DNA from: Candidatus Multivoradales bacterium | GTDB taxonomy: Bacteria; Acidobacteriota; Thermoanaerobaculia; Multivoradales; JAHEKO01 | Direction of reading: 5' to 3' | Assembly (NCBI GenBank): GCA_965223155.1 | Contig: CBDCVR010000014.1 | Span: 1,184,001 to 1,248,000 of the forward strand | DNA: 64,000 nucleotides | Shown here: positions 29,376-38,818 of the stretch, one piece after another | Layout of the letters: every line of letters begins with the position of its first letter | How positions within the stretch are numbered: the stretch's first letter is position 1 | Position numbers and translations under genes: made by a program | The notes under the pieces: generated by a model | What the model saw: only the letters and a program-made list of their open reading frames with translations | Told to the model about the DNA's origin: nothing | The model's database searches: none

Positions 29376-30056
29376 GTGCGCGGCGAAGGCGTCATCAAGT
29401 TCTCCTTCGAGCACCAACCGGATCGTCTCGACTCCTCCCAGCTTCTGGACCTCGTCTGCCCGCTCATCGCGTGGCGGGAGATCCTGTCCCTGACCCGGCT
29501 CGTGGGCCAGGATCGCGACCGTTACGAAGGCGCCGGATACGGCAACGTGAGCGTGCGCGTCGGGCGTCCGGGCAAGGGCCTCGGGCGGCGGAGCTTCCTC
29601 ATCACCGGCACCCAGACCTCGGGCAAGCGCTGCGTCGGCCTTCCTGACTTCTGCATCGTCGAGCGCTACGAACTGGAGCGGAACCACCTGGTGAGCCGCG
29701 GACCGGTCAAGCCTTCGTCCGAGTCCCTGACCCACGGCGCCGTCTACGACTTGGGGCCACACATCCGGTGCGTTCTCCACGCCCACACCCCGGCGCTCTG
29801 GGCCCGGCGGCTAGACCTGGGGCTGCCCGAGACCGCGCCCGAGGTCGAGTACGGCACGCCGGCCATGGCTCGCGAGGTCCAGCGCCTCTACCGCGAGGGC
29901 CTGCTGGCCGAGCGCCGCATCCTGGCCATGGGCGGCCATGAGGACGGCATCGTGGCCTTCGGCCGAAGCCCCGACGAAGCCGGCGGCACCTTGATCCAAT
30001 GGCTGGCGCGAGCCTATGAGGCCGACTGCCGTCCCGGCGCCACCCTCTGCACCTGA
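29376..30056 (+). CDS. Class II aldolase/adducin family protein
   Basis: GYGNVSVR, PSSESLTH, LHAH, YGTP, MGGHEDG. Confidence 0.88.
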   Translation: MRGEGVIKFSFEHQPDRLDSSQLLDLVCPLIAWREILSLTRLVGQDRDRYEGAGYGNVSVRVGRPGKGLGRRSFLITGTQTSGKRCVGLPDFCIVERYELERNHLVSRGPVKPSSESLTHGAVYDLGPHIRCVLHAHTPALWARRLDLGLPETAPEVEYGTPAMAREVQRLYREGLLAERRILAMGGHEDGIVAFGRSPDEAGGTLIQWLARAYEADCRPGATLCT

Positions 30057-30073
30057 CCGCGCCGTACCGGAAG

Positions 30074-31342
30074 CTAGGGTGAGCCCGCGGTCAGGAGCTC
30101 GACCTCGAGCTTTCGACCGGCCCGATCCAAGGTAACGATGACCCGGCTTTCGGGCTTCCGCAGCCAACTCCGAACCCCGTCCAGCCCAAGCTCCGCGACC
30201 GGTCTGCCGTCGATCGCCACCAGGCGGTCGCCCAGCTCGATTCCTGCCCGCTCCGCGGGGCTCCCGGGCGCCACCGCCAGGGCCCGGATGCGGTCGAAAT
30301 CCTCGCCCTCGGAGGTCAAGAACAACCCCGAGGCATCCCACCGGATGGGCTCGTCCGCTAGCGCCGAGGGCTCCAGGATGAGGCGGCCGCGGGAGGCGTC
30401 GAAGATCGCGCGGAAACGCTCCAGGATGGCCGCTCCCAAAATCCCGTCGCGGTCGGGATTGCCATAGGCGCCGCGAGCGTCGGTGGGCGCGAGGGTCACC
30501 GGCAGGTCCTCGAGCTCGAGGCCGCCGAACTCCAATCCATCCAGAATCGCCAGATAGTGGCGAACCTCCCCGCCCACGCCGACGCCAACCGTCGTCAGCA
30601 CCTCGGCACCGACAAGCTCGCGCAGTTCATGCTTGTCTAGGAAAGGAGCCGAAAACCCGACCGTGCCGCGCGCGCCGGTGTCGACAATGAGCTCCGCCGG
30701 GAACCGCTGGCCGCCCGCCGCTACCGTCGCCTGGACCCGCCACTTGGCGTTGGCGTCCAGCCGCACCGGGAGCACCACGCCGCCGCCCGAGTACTCGAAG
30801 GTCTCGGGCTCGTGCAGGGTCATCGTCCGGTTCGGGTAATCGACGTCCACGACGAAGCGGCGGAAGAGGTCGGCACCGAGGAGACCCGACGAAGGATGGC
30901 CGTTGGCCCCCTGGGTGTTGCGCTCGAGGACCGCCACGGGACGCGAAGCCAGCTCGACGCCGGGTAGCCGCATGGCCGGCGCTCGCGCGAACGCAAATCG
31001 GAACTCGCCGCCACCCGCAGCTCCGTCGGCCGTTCCCCCGCCCCGCAGCTCGAGTCCCAGCCGCTCGGCGAGATCCCGGTCCAAGATCGAGACGTTGGCG
31101 CCGCTGTCGAGAAGGAGCCAGACCTCGCTGCCATCTTCGAGCTCGGCGCGAACGTGGACCTTGCCCGACGCCAGGCGGATGGGCATGGTCGCCGCCCGGG
31201 CGCTGGCTTCGGAGCCGGCACCGACTTCGAACTCGGCCTCGAGAGTGAAGTCCTGACCCAGAAGCGGATCGGAACCGAACCCTCCGAGCCCGGCAAAACC
31301 CACTCCGCCAAAGATGGCCAGAACGCGAATGATCGACTGCAT
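30074..31342 (-). CDS. Secreted aspartyl protease with two retropepsin-like lobes and a PDZ domain
   Basis: LLDSGA and IVDTGA, GLLG/GILG, PDZ motif SPAERAGIELGD. Confidence 0.88.
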   Translation of the reverse strand: MQSIIRVLAIFGGVGFAGLGGFGSDPLLGQDFTLEAEFEVGAGSEASARAATMPIRLASGKVHVRAELEDGSEVWLLLDSGANVSILDRDLAERLGLELRGGGTADGAAGGGEFRFAFARAPAMRLPGVELASRPVAVLERNTQGANGHPSSGLLGADLFRRFVVDVDYPNRTMTLHEPETFEYSGGGVVLPVRLDANAKWRVQATVAAGGQRFPAELIVDTGARGTVGFSAPFLDKHELRELVGAEVLTTVGVGVGGEVRHYLAILDGLEFGGLELEDLPVTLAPTDARGAYGNPDRDGILGAAILERFRAIFDASRGRLILEPSALADEPIRWDASGLFLTSEGEDFDRIRALAVAPGSPAERAGIELGDRLVAIDGRPVAELGLDGVRSWLRKPESRVIVTLDRAGRKLEVELLTAGSP

Positions 31343-31475
31343 GGAACTCTCCCTGTCGTTCTTTGGACACGGGTGGCCAAGACCCGGTTCCCGGCGTGAA
31401 ACGCGAACTTCTTCGCATCGAATACCATGCAAGGTGGACTCGGTGCCCCTCAGCTACACCGGTGTCCCATAGACG

Positions 31476-32525
31476 ATGGGCTCGCTTCTCTATAAGTCTC
31501 CGAAGAGCACGGTCTACTCTCTCGAGTCGATCGAGGGTCTTCTGGCGGCGGCCCAGGCGAACTGGCCGGAAGGCTTCATGCCGTTTTCGACCGGGGCGCC
31601 CGCGTACGTCGAATTCAAGTTCAAGAAGGCACTCCCGCGCCTCGACCTCTCCGACCATCTGCACCTGAAGAAACTCTGGGTCTCGGTCTTTGCCCCGAAA
31701 TCGGCCGACCTGAGTGACCTGGTCCTCCGGCTTGGCAGGGAGCGGCCCGGCAACTGGCCAAGTTCCGCCGAACTGAGTGCCTCTACCAGAGTCGCCACTC
31801 TCCCAGAGCACAAGCCGACCACCGGGAGCGTGATCAAAGTCAGGTTCATCGGCGATCCGGAGCGGGACATCTCGTTCGGCATCGATTCAGGCCTCGTCCC
31901 GAGCGCCAAAGATTCGGCCGACTGGCTCGCGGGGGCCGCGGAAGCCGTCGGTCTGCCGTGGACGATCGATTGGCTCGACGACGAAACCTATTACGCTTCC
32001 GGACCGATCGAAGCCGAGCTCTTCTTCTATGGCGGCAGGATCCAAGATCGAGACGGCGTGCGGCTTCGAACCAACCCAGACTTCGTCGGCTGTACGCTCG
32101 CCGGCAAGACCTATCAAGACACTCCTCGCCCGCTCGCACGGGCTCTCGGCTATTGCCAGCCGAGTCGCGTCTTCTCGGTCAAGTGGTTTGTCCTGGCTAA
32201 GGACCCTAAGAAGACGGGGCTCGCGCGCCGCGTTTATAACGATCTCGTCGAACTGGACTGGCCCATCGCACGAGGCAACGCCCTGCTGACGGCAGAACTG
32301 GATCAACTGGCCGGCATCGAAGACCTCAGGACAGTCGCGGCCCAGACCGGAGGGGTGTTCCAAACGACGCTATGTGCGTTCGACGCCTATGACGAGTGGT
32401 GTGAGATCCAGGTCGTCACCACCGCCGACGGGCACTCGCTGGAACTGTCGACGCCCCTCTACGACGAGATCGCTGAGATCAACAAGACCCTGGGAGTCGA
32501 GTTCGAGTTGGAGGGCTATCAGTGA
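31476..32525 (+). CDS. Hypothetical protein
   Basis: 349 aa ORF filling the gap between its neighbours; lower GC; no recognised motif. Confidence 0.7.
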   Translation: MGSLLYKSPKSTVYSLESIEGLLAAAQANWPEGFMPFSTGAPAYVEFKFKKALPRLDLSDHLHLKKLWVSVFAPKSADLSDLVLRLGRERPGNWPSSAELSASTRVATLPEHKPTTGSVIKVRFIGDPERDISFGIDSGLVPSAKDSADWLAGAAEAVGLPWTIDWLDDETYYASGPIEAELFFYGGRIQDRDGVRLRTNPDFVGCTLAGKTYQDTPRPLARALGYCQPSRVFSVKWFVLAKDPKKTGLARRVYNDLVELDWPIARGNALLTAELDQLAGIEDLRTVAAQTGGVFQTTLCAFDAYDEWCEIQVVTTADGHSLELSTPLYDEIAEINKTLGVEFELEGYQ

Positions 32526-32585
32526 CGCTGCGGCCGTTCCTTCGGCGCCGAGCGGACCTTGCCAGACACCAACCGGACGGCTCGG

Positions 32586-34829
32586 CTAGTTGTAGGTGAC
32601 GGTGACCGCCGTGTCGGGGTCCGTGTAGTCGAAGAGCACCGCTTCCTCGCCGATGTCGCGGAGTCTCTTGTCGATAAGCGTCAGCACCTTCTCGCGCCGC
32701 TTGAAGAGGGCGGCGATCTCGAACTCCCCGAGGTAAGGGCCGAGCCGCTTGGTCACGAGGTCGCGGTCCAGGTTCCGGATCCGATTCAGCAGCCGGCGTG
32801 AGACCCGCCGGATGCGGTCGGGGCCGGGAAGGCTCCGGGAACGGCTGAAGGCGCGGGTGTGATCGATCAGCCAGAACCCGCCCGACTCGTCAAAGAGCAT
32901 GTTGCCCTGATTGCGGTCGATGTTGTTGATCAGGTTGTCGAAGACCCACATGTCCGAGATCCTGCGCCGAGCCAGGAGTGTTACCGGCTCGTTGTCGCCG
33001 CCGGCCTCGCGGCGCTCGGTCTCGCTCACGGTCTTCTCGATCCATAGTTGGACCGAGCCCTTCTTGCCGTCCAGGTGGCGAAGAGCCGCGGGGGGTATGT
33101 AGTCCAGTCCCAGAAGGCGGCTCAGCTCGTAGGCGGCCACGTTGTTCTCGTAGGCGTCCCGAAAATACATGATGACCTCGCCGTTGGCGAGCCGCTTGCG
33201 CTCTTCGACGACGTTGACGTCGTGAAAGACGGCGTGGGCGCGAACGCCGTCGCGCTCGAGGGTCAGCTTCTTGGGTTTGGTGACCCCGGTGCCGATATCG
33301 CGGGCTGCGACGATCTCGGCCTCGCGCAAGAACTCCAGGACCTCGGCGTCGCTGCAAAACGGTAGGCGCCCCTCGTCCGGAGCCGCCCAGCTTCGCGGAC
33401 AGTCCGCGGACGGGGTCTCCGGAGTCGCAACCGAATGAGCGGCCACCGAGCCGGTCCGGGTGGCTTCCGCGGCCGGCGGCACCCCGGCCTCGACGGCAGA
33501 CTCGCCGTCCCCTCTGGGTTCCCCCGCCGGTTCGGCAACCGGCGCCGTGGCCGGCCCCGGCGGGGCCGCGTCCGAGATCGCCTCCGTACCCTCGCGGAAG
33601 ACCACTCGGCCATCCAGGTAGACGGCTGAAACCCGGTCGCCGACGATCTCCAAGGCCGCCGGTCTGCCTTGTCCCTCGGCGGCGTAGGCCATGGCGGTAT
33701 CGATCAAGTAGACCCGTCCGTCGAATCGCTCCCGGATCTTGCCCGGCTGCGGGGTGTGTCCGACGACGACACGTTCGCCGCCAAAGGTCTCGAAAATCGT
33801 GGTCAGCGGGCCCTCGGCACTGTCGTCGTCAGGCCACCGGGCGTAGCCCCGGAACCAGAGGGGCCCCCGGCCGTCGAACAGCATCCATCGGTTGGCGTTG
33901 GGCAGGCGCTCCCGGATGGCAGAGAGCTTCTCCAGGCTGCGCTTGACACGGGGATCCGAGCGCCTCGGCGCCAACTCGGCAAGACGCGCATCGAGAGCGC
34001 AGTAGGTATCCGCCAGGGTTGAAAACGGCAGCACCACCCCCTCTCGCATCAGCGTCTCGCGGTCGGCGTCGTACTGCAGAAGCTCGTCCCGCGCGGCCGC
34101 GTTGATCTCCTCCAACGACTCGAGCTCCATGTCCACGAGCTCATGGCTCAGGCCTCCGTGCAGGAAGATCGTCCCGCCCACGCGCGCAACGACCGGCCGC
34201 TCGCGCAACCACTGTCCGTAGCTGCCCCCCGGTCCGATCGCCTCCTGGTACTCCACGAAACCCAGGGGATGGGCGGCCATCCAGTCGTCCTTGGTGGCCG
34301 AGGCGGCCGCGGCGCAGGCCGGAAAGCTGCGCTTCCAGCCGGTCCAGCGCCGGTAGGCCTTCTTGCGCACGCTCTCGGACTCATCGGTCACGAAGGCCGA
34401 CGAGATCGTGGCCCAGGTTTCGAGTGGCGTGGAGTGCTCGTCGAAGAGCCCGATCAGATTGTTGGCCTCGTGATTCCCCAGGGTGGCGACGACCTGCCCG
34501 CCGGCGGCTTCGGCCTCCGTCTGAAGCCGCCGCACGACGTCCAGGGTCTCGCGGACGCGGCCGCCGCGATCCATGAGGTCCCCGGTTTGCACCAGGACGC
34601 TCTCGCCGCCGCTCCAGTGCCCGTCCTCGTCCACCATCTCCGCCGCCCGCAGGATGTCCAGAAAGCCATCCGGGGTGCCGTGGACGTCGCCGACGGCCAC
34701 GATGCGCCGCGACTCGGCGCCCGTCGGCGCGGCGACGAGAACCGCCACGGCAAGGAGCGCCGCGAGCCTGGCCGCTCGCCGGGCAAGCGTCCGCACGCGG
34801 TCTCCAACGAGGATCGTTCCGTACCTCAT
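32586..34829 (-). CDS. Secreted Shewanella-like metallophosphatase fused to an atypical kinase-fold domain
   Basis: Signal peptide; GDVHG, GDLMDRG, GNHE, HGG, GPLWFRG, GHT, IDT; P/A-rich linker; VAAYELSRLLGL..P, GSVQLW, DNLINNIDRNQGN, LIDH..AF. Confidence 0.85.
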   Translation of the reverse strand: MRYGTILVGDRVRTLARRAARLAALLAVAVLVAAPTGAESRRIVAVGDVHGTPDGFLDILRAAEMVDEDGHWSGGESVLVQTGDLMDRGGRVRETLDVVRRLQTEAEAAGGQVVATLGNHEANNLIGLFDEHSTPLETWATISSAFVTDESESVRKKAYRRWTGWKRSFPACAAAASATKDDWMAAHPLGFVEYQEAIGPGGSYGQWLRERPVVARVGGTIFLHGGLSHELVDMELESLEEINAAARDELLQYDADRETLMREGVVLPFSTLADTYCALDARLAELAPRRSDPRVKRSLEKLSAIRERLPNANRWMLFDGRGPLWFRGYARWPDDDSAEGPLTTIFETFGGERVVVGHTPQPGKIRERFDGRVYLIDTAMAYAAEGQGRPAALEIVGDRVSAVYLDGRVVFREGTEAISDAAPPGPATAPVAEPAGEPRGDGESAVEAGVPPAAEATRTGSVAAHSVATPETPSADCPRSWAAPDEGRLPFCSDAEVLEFLREAEIVAARDIGTGVTKPKKLTLERDGVRAHAVFHDVNVVEERKRLANGEVIMYFRDAYENNVAAYELSRLLGLDYIPPAALRHLDGKKGSVQLWIEKTVSETERREAGGDNEPVTLLARRRISDMWVFDNLINNIDRNQGNMLFDESGGFWLIDHTRAFSRSRSLPGPDRIRRVSRRLLNRIRNLDRDLVTKRLGPYLGEFEIAALFKRREKVLTLIDKRLRDIGEEAVLFDYTDPDTAVTVTYN

Positions 34830-35260
34830 CACGCCTCTCCGGCCTCGCCGTCGACCGCCGGACGATCCAGCAGTCTGCGAAACAGGGCCTTGACGATCTC
34901 GATGTTGTTGGCCAGGAGATCGAAAAGATCCTCGGCGTCGATCGCCAGCACCGCCAGGGAATCTCCGGCCACGGCATCGCTCTCGCGCAACCTTCCGCTC
35001 AGGATCTCGCGCACGCCGAAAGCGTCGGGCTGGGCGATCCGGATCTCCCCGCCGGCGCCATCGCGCAGCCGGGCGCCACCCTCGACGACGCAGTACATGC
35101 GATCGGCCGGATCGTTGGCTTGGTAGATGGTCTGGCCGGCCTCGAAGGTCTCGAAGTGCACGATGCCCGAGATGCGCAGGATCTGCTCGGCCGAGCAGGT
35201 CGAGAAGAGTCCCACTCTTTGGAGGAAGACCACGGTTTCGATGCGTGTCGGTTCTCTCAC
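34829..35260 (-). CDS. Stand-alone cyclic nucleotide-binding domain protein
   Basis: LF, G.TIY..ND....Y.V.EG, FG..E.L....R...AVA; overlaps both neighbours. Confidence 0.85.
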   Translation of the reverse strand: MREPTRIETVVFLQRVGLFSTCSAEQILRISGIVHFETFEAGQTIYQANDPADRMYCVVEGGARLRDGAGGEIRIAQPDAFGVREILSGRLRESDAVAGDSLAVLAIDAEDLFDLLANNIEIVKALFRRLLDRPAVDGEAGEA

Positions 35261-38079
35261 CTGACCTCCCGGAAACTGGATTGCAATTGTCCCGCCACCC
35301 AGGTGGCGGTCTCACCGACGAAGGCGTCTTCGGCGCTCGTAAGCTCGCGCACCCGCTCCAGCATGGCGGTATCTCCGGAGCGTCCCACGGCAAAGAGCGC
35401 GGCGACCGCCAGAAACGTCCAGTCGGCATCCTGCTCGGCGGCCGGCTCGAGACACCGTTCGAGCACGTCGGGGCGCGTCGTTCTGGCCACTCCCAGAAGC
35501 TCGCGCCCGTGCACCAAGGCATCCGCCTCGGTAGGCTGATCCAGCACACCCATGACGGTCCGGCGCATGCCCGCGTCCAGACAGTTGTCCAGAAACTCGA
35601 GCGCGCTTCCCCTCTCGACCGCCCGCTTACTCGCCAGCCCGCGGCGCACGGCCGCTACGTGCTCCGGGGGCATCGACAAACTCAAGAGCCCAAAGACATT
35701 GTCAAGATGCTCGCATGCGCGCTCGTGCAGGAGCTGTCCGAGGAGCGCCGTCGGCTCGCCTCCTCCAGAGAGGGCCTCGACCTCCTCCAGGCGCCGGCAA
35801 TAGCGGCCAAGCTCCTCATGGATCTGGACCGAGACCTGGGTCGCGTGGCCGGGGCCGGTGACGTCCTCGCGGGCGGTGACCAGAGCCTCGACCGTCTTGC
35901 GGCGCAAGAAGGGATCCTGCTGGTGACCCAGATTCTCGAGCAGGCTCACCGGCCCGTCGCGGGTACCCAGAAGCGCGATGGTCTTGGGCAGCGCCCGGCG
36001 CACCCACATGTGCTCGTCGGTGTCGTTCAAGAAGTGAAGCAACGAGGGCAGCACCGGCTCACCAAAGGCCACTAAAGCCTCACGGACGGTGTGCTTCAAT
36101 CTCCGGTTGCGGAGCAGGCTGATCAAGGTCGGAATGTAGATCGGGGTCCAGCCGTCGCGCACGATCCGCCGGCGCACCGCACCGATGGCTTCGGCCACCA
36201 CCCGCCAATCCCGGTCGTAGAGGAGCCGCATGAGCTCGCTCTGAAAGGTTGGCTCGGCGAGCGCGCCCAGGCAGCGAGCCGCCTCGATACGGACCTTGGG
36301 CTCGGCATCGAGCAGCATGTCGGCGAGCGACCGCTTCGCCGCCTCCGGCACCTCGCCGTCCTCGCCGGCGAGACAGACGATCGCGGCCGCCCGGATGGCC
36401 GGGTCGGGATCGGCCAGGCGCGGACGCATGAGCTCGCCGACCGCCTCGTGGCGCAGGTGCGCCAGGACCCGGATCGCCGCCGCCTGGACCTCGACGTGCT
36501 CGTCGCTCAAACGCTTCTCGATCAGCGGCAAAGCGTCTGCGCGGCGGGCGCTCGCCAGAATCGACAGGGTCCGGCGGCGCACTTCGGGGTCGTCGTGGTA
36601 GAGCAGCAGCGGCGGCACCAGCCGGCCCTTGCCGTGGGACGCCAAGAGATCCAGGCTATGGAGCACCTGGCGAGGATCGGCGCTCCCCAGAGACTCGACC
36701 AGGATCTCCAGGGTGGCGGCGTCGGAGAAATCGATGGGCGTCGCTTCCTGTTCCCGGCGGCTGTCGAGCCGACCATGAAAGGCCCGCACGTATTCCCGGT
36801 AAAGACCGGGCAGAAGCAGCAGCCAGATCGAGAGAATGCCCAGGTTGAGCCACCCTGCCTGGACCGGGCTCGCCCAACCCAGGGCCACCGGCAGGAGAAG
36901 AAGGGCCGCCAGGCCCTTGCCGCCGCGCTGCAACAGGACGTCGATCACGGCCTTGGCCCGCACCCGCAGGTCCTCGGCCACCGGCACGAACAGCAGCTCC
37001 CGCGTCGACTGGTCCAGGGAGTAGCGCAAGCCGTTTTCCCCGACCTTCAGAGCCAGTCCGGCAAAGAGCAGCGCGGCCGGCCAGAAGCTTGCCGCCAGGA
37101 CCAGAGCGGCGGTGCCGGCGAGCAGCGACGTCGGCAGCACCCGGAGCGCGAAGCCGACCCCGAGCGAGCGATGGATGCGCGAGGTCCACAGGATCTGGAA
37201 CACCGCCGCCGCCACGCCCATCACGCTGTAGAAATTGCCGAAGAAGGCCGTCCGGTCGGCGAGCCCGGACGTGGCGCGCTCGACCACCCAGTTGAATTGC
37301 AGATCCACGACCTGGGCGGCGATCATCGACAGCATCAGGACCGCCGAGACGCGGCGCAGGAACCGTGAGTCCCAAACCTCGCGTAGGCCGGCGGCGACCC
37401 GCTCCTTGCCGGACGCCTTGCGCTCCCCGTCCTCAGTCTCGCCGCCGCCATCGGCCAGAAACGCCGACGCCGCCGCCAGGGCCAGAAGAGCGGCCGCGGC
37501 CAGCAGGGTGGCGCGGACTCCGGCGGCGGCCGAAACCAGGCGCGCCACCTGGCCGCCCGCGATCCCGCCCAGGATGGCGCCGGCTCCGAGAAAGCCGAAC
37601 AGGCGCTTGGCCTGGCGGGGGTCCAGGACCACTCCGGCCACCGACCAAACCAGGCTCAGGTTGAGACCGATCGCGACCGTGATCCAGAGATAGAAGGCGA
37701 AGGGCACCCAGGGCTCGGACAACCCGAAGAGCCACCAGAAGGCCACCAGACTGGCGGCCGAGCCGGTCGCCGTGAGGCCCAGGACCTGGGCCGGCCGGTA
37801 GCGGGCCAGCAGAGCCTCGTAGACCTTGAGCGCCGGGAACGAGACCACCGGCACCAGCAGGTACACCCAGGGTAGCCGCTCGGCGCCGAAGGCGTCCAGA
37901 AACGATGCCTGGCGCACCGTCTTGGCCACGTACTGAAAGGTGAGCGAAAAGAAAAAGCCCAGAAACAGCAGGATGGCGAGCCGGGTTTCTCCCGCCCGGA
38001 GATCGACGCCGAGCGCGCGGACAAACGGGCGCAAGGTGAATCCGGCCGGGCCGGTTTCTGGGTCTCGGCGCGACGCCAT
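35257..38079 (-). CDS. Npt1/Npt2 (TLC ATP/ADP translocase-like) transporter fused to HEAT repeats
   Basis: About 12-TM N-terminal half with RQAKRLFG, RYSLD..TRELLF.P, RAKA.ID...R.GK; C-terminal L.D.DP.VR..A repeats. Confidence 0.85.
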   Translation of the reverse strand: MASRRDPETGPAGFTLRPFVRALGVDLRAGETRLAILLFLGFFFSLTFQYVAKTVRQASFLDAFGAERLPWVYLLVPVVSFPALKVYEALLARYRPAQVLGLTATGSAASLVAFWWLFGLSEPWVPFAFYLWITVAIGLNLSLVWSVAGVVLDPRQAKRLFGFLGAGAILGGIAGGQVARLVSAAAGVRATLLAAAALLALAAASAFLADGGGETEDGERKASGKERVAAGLREVWDSRFLRRVSAVLMLSMIAAQVVDLQFNWVVERATSGLADRTAFFGNFYSVMGVAAAVFQILWTSRIHRSLGVGFALRVLPTSLLAGTAALVLAASFWPAALLFAGLALKVGENGLRYSLDQSTRELLFVPVAEDLRVRAKAVIDVLLQRGGKGLAALLLLPVALGWASPVQAGWLNLGILSIWLLLLPGLYREYVRAFHGRLDSRREQEATPIDFSDAATLEILVESLGSADPRQVLHSLDLLASHGKGRLVPPLLLYHDDPEVRRRTLSILASARRADALPLIEKRLSDEHVEVQAAAIRVLAHLRHEAVGELMRPRLADPDPAIRAAAIVCLAGEDGEVPEAAKRSLADMLLDAEPKVRIEAARCLGALAEPTFQSELMRLLYDRDWRVVAEAIGAVRRRIVRDGWTPIYIPTLISLLRNRRLKHTVREALVAFGEPVLPSLLHFLNDTDEHMWVRRALPKTIALLGTRDGPVSLLENLGHQQDPFLRRKTVEALVTAREDVTGPGHATQVSVQIHEELGRYCRRLEEVEALSGGGEPTALLGQLLHERACEHLDNVFGLLSLSMPPEHVAAVRRGLASKRAVERGSALEFLDNCLDAGMRRTVMGVLDQPTEADALVHGRELLGVARTTRPDVLERCLEPAAEQDADWTFLAVAALFAVGRSGDTAMLERVRELTSAEDAFVGETATWVAGQLQSSFREVR

Positions 38080-38114
38080 GATTTGGCACTCCGACCACGG
38101 TCGGGGACTTCGGC

Positions 38115-38120
38115 ATTATA
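38115..38120 (-). promoter_or_regulatory. -10 element (TATAAT) of the Npt operon
   Basis: Perfect TATAAT 35 nt upstream of ATG 38079 in a high-GC context. Confidence 0.55.
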
Positions 38121-38147
38121 GGCGCTGCTCTGCGGCGTATCCGCTGG

Positions 38148-38789
38148 ATGCATCCGGCCGGAGTTGCCGCAGGCGCCCCGCCGCCGTACAGTCACGTCGT
38201 GCGCCGGCCGGAGCCATCGAAGCAATCGGAGCCAGCTGAGCCAGCTGAGCCAGCGGAGCCAGCTGAGCCAGCGGAGGCATCGGAGCAGGGCACCGTCTCG
38301 GATTGGGACATCGTGCCGCTGACCCGTCCCGACTTCGAGCAGATCTTGAACGAGTTTTCTTCGTTCTGGGACACCGAGGCCACCCGCCCGCGGCATCATC
38401 CGATGTTCCTCGAGGAATTCGGCGACTCGGCCTGGGTGATTCGCGACCCCGACCAGCCGGCGCCCACGGTCGCCGCCTATCTTCTCGGTTTTCTCGCCCA
38501 GACCGCTCCCTACGCCTACGTCCACATGGTGGCGGTGCGGCGCGGCTACCGGCGCCGCGGCCTGGCCGAGAGCCTGTACCGGCATTTCATCGAGTTCGCT
38601 CGCCGCAGCGGCTGCAGCCAGCTCAAGGCGACCGCGGATCCCGGCAACCATCGTTCGATCGGATTCCATAGGGCCCTGGGTATGGCCACCATCGGCGGCA
38701 CCGCCGACTCCGCCGGCACCGTCGGGGTGGTCGCGGACTACGGTGGCCCCGGCATCGATCGGGTGGTCTTCACCCTGGAGATCGCCTGA
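38148..38789 (+). CDS. GNAT family N-acetyltransferase
   Basis: YVHMVAV...YRRRGLA..LY, N.RSIGFH..LG; start uncertain; N-terminal (EPA)5 repeat. Confidence 0.85.
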   Translation: MHPAGVAAGAPPPYSHVVRRPEPSKQSEPAEPAEPAEPAEPAEASEQGTVSDWDIVPLTRPDFEQILNEFSSFWDTEATRPRHHPMFLEEFGDSAWVIRDPDQPAPTVAAYLLGFLAQTAPYAYVHMVAVRRGYRRRGLAESLYRHFIEFARRSGCSQLKATADPGNHRSIGFHRALGMATIGGTADSAGTVGVVADYGGPGIDRVVFTLEIA

Positions 38790-38818
38790 GCGGCCTCTCG
38801 GAGCACCGGGCGCGGGAG

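Noticed and set aside
34830-35549. N-terminal extension of the 987-aa ORF in the track
   Set aside because: Overlaps the cNMP and Npt genes in another frame; the real start is ATG 34829, before the signal peptide
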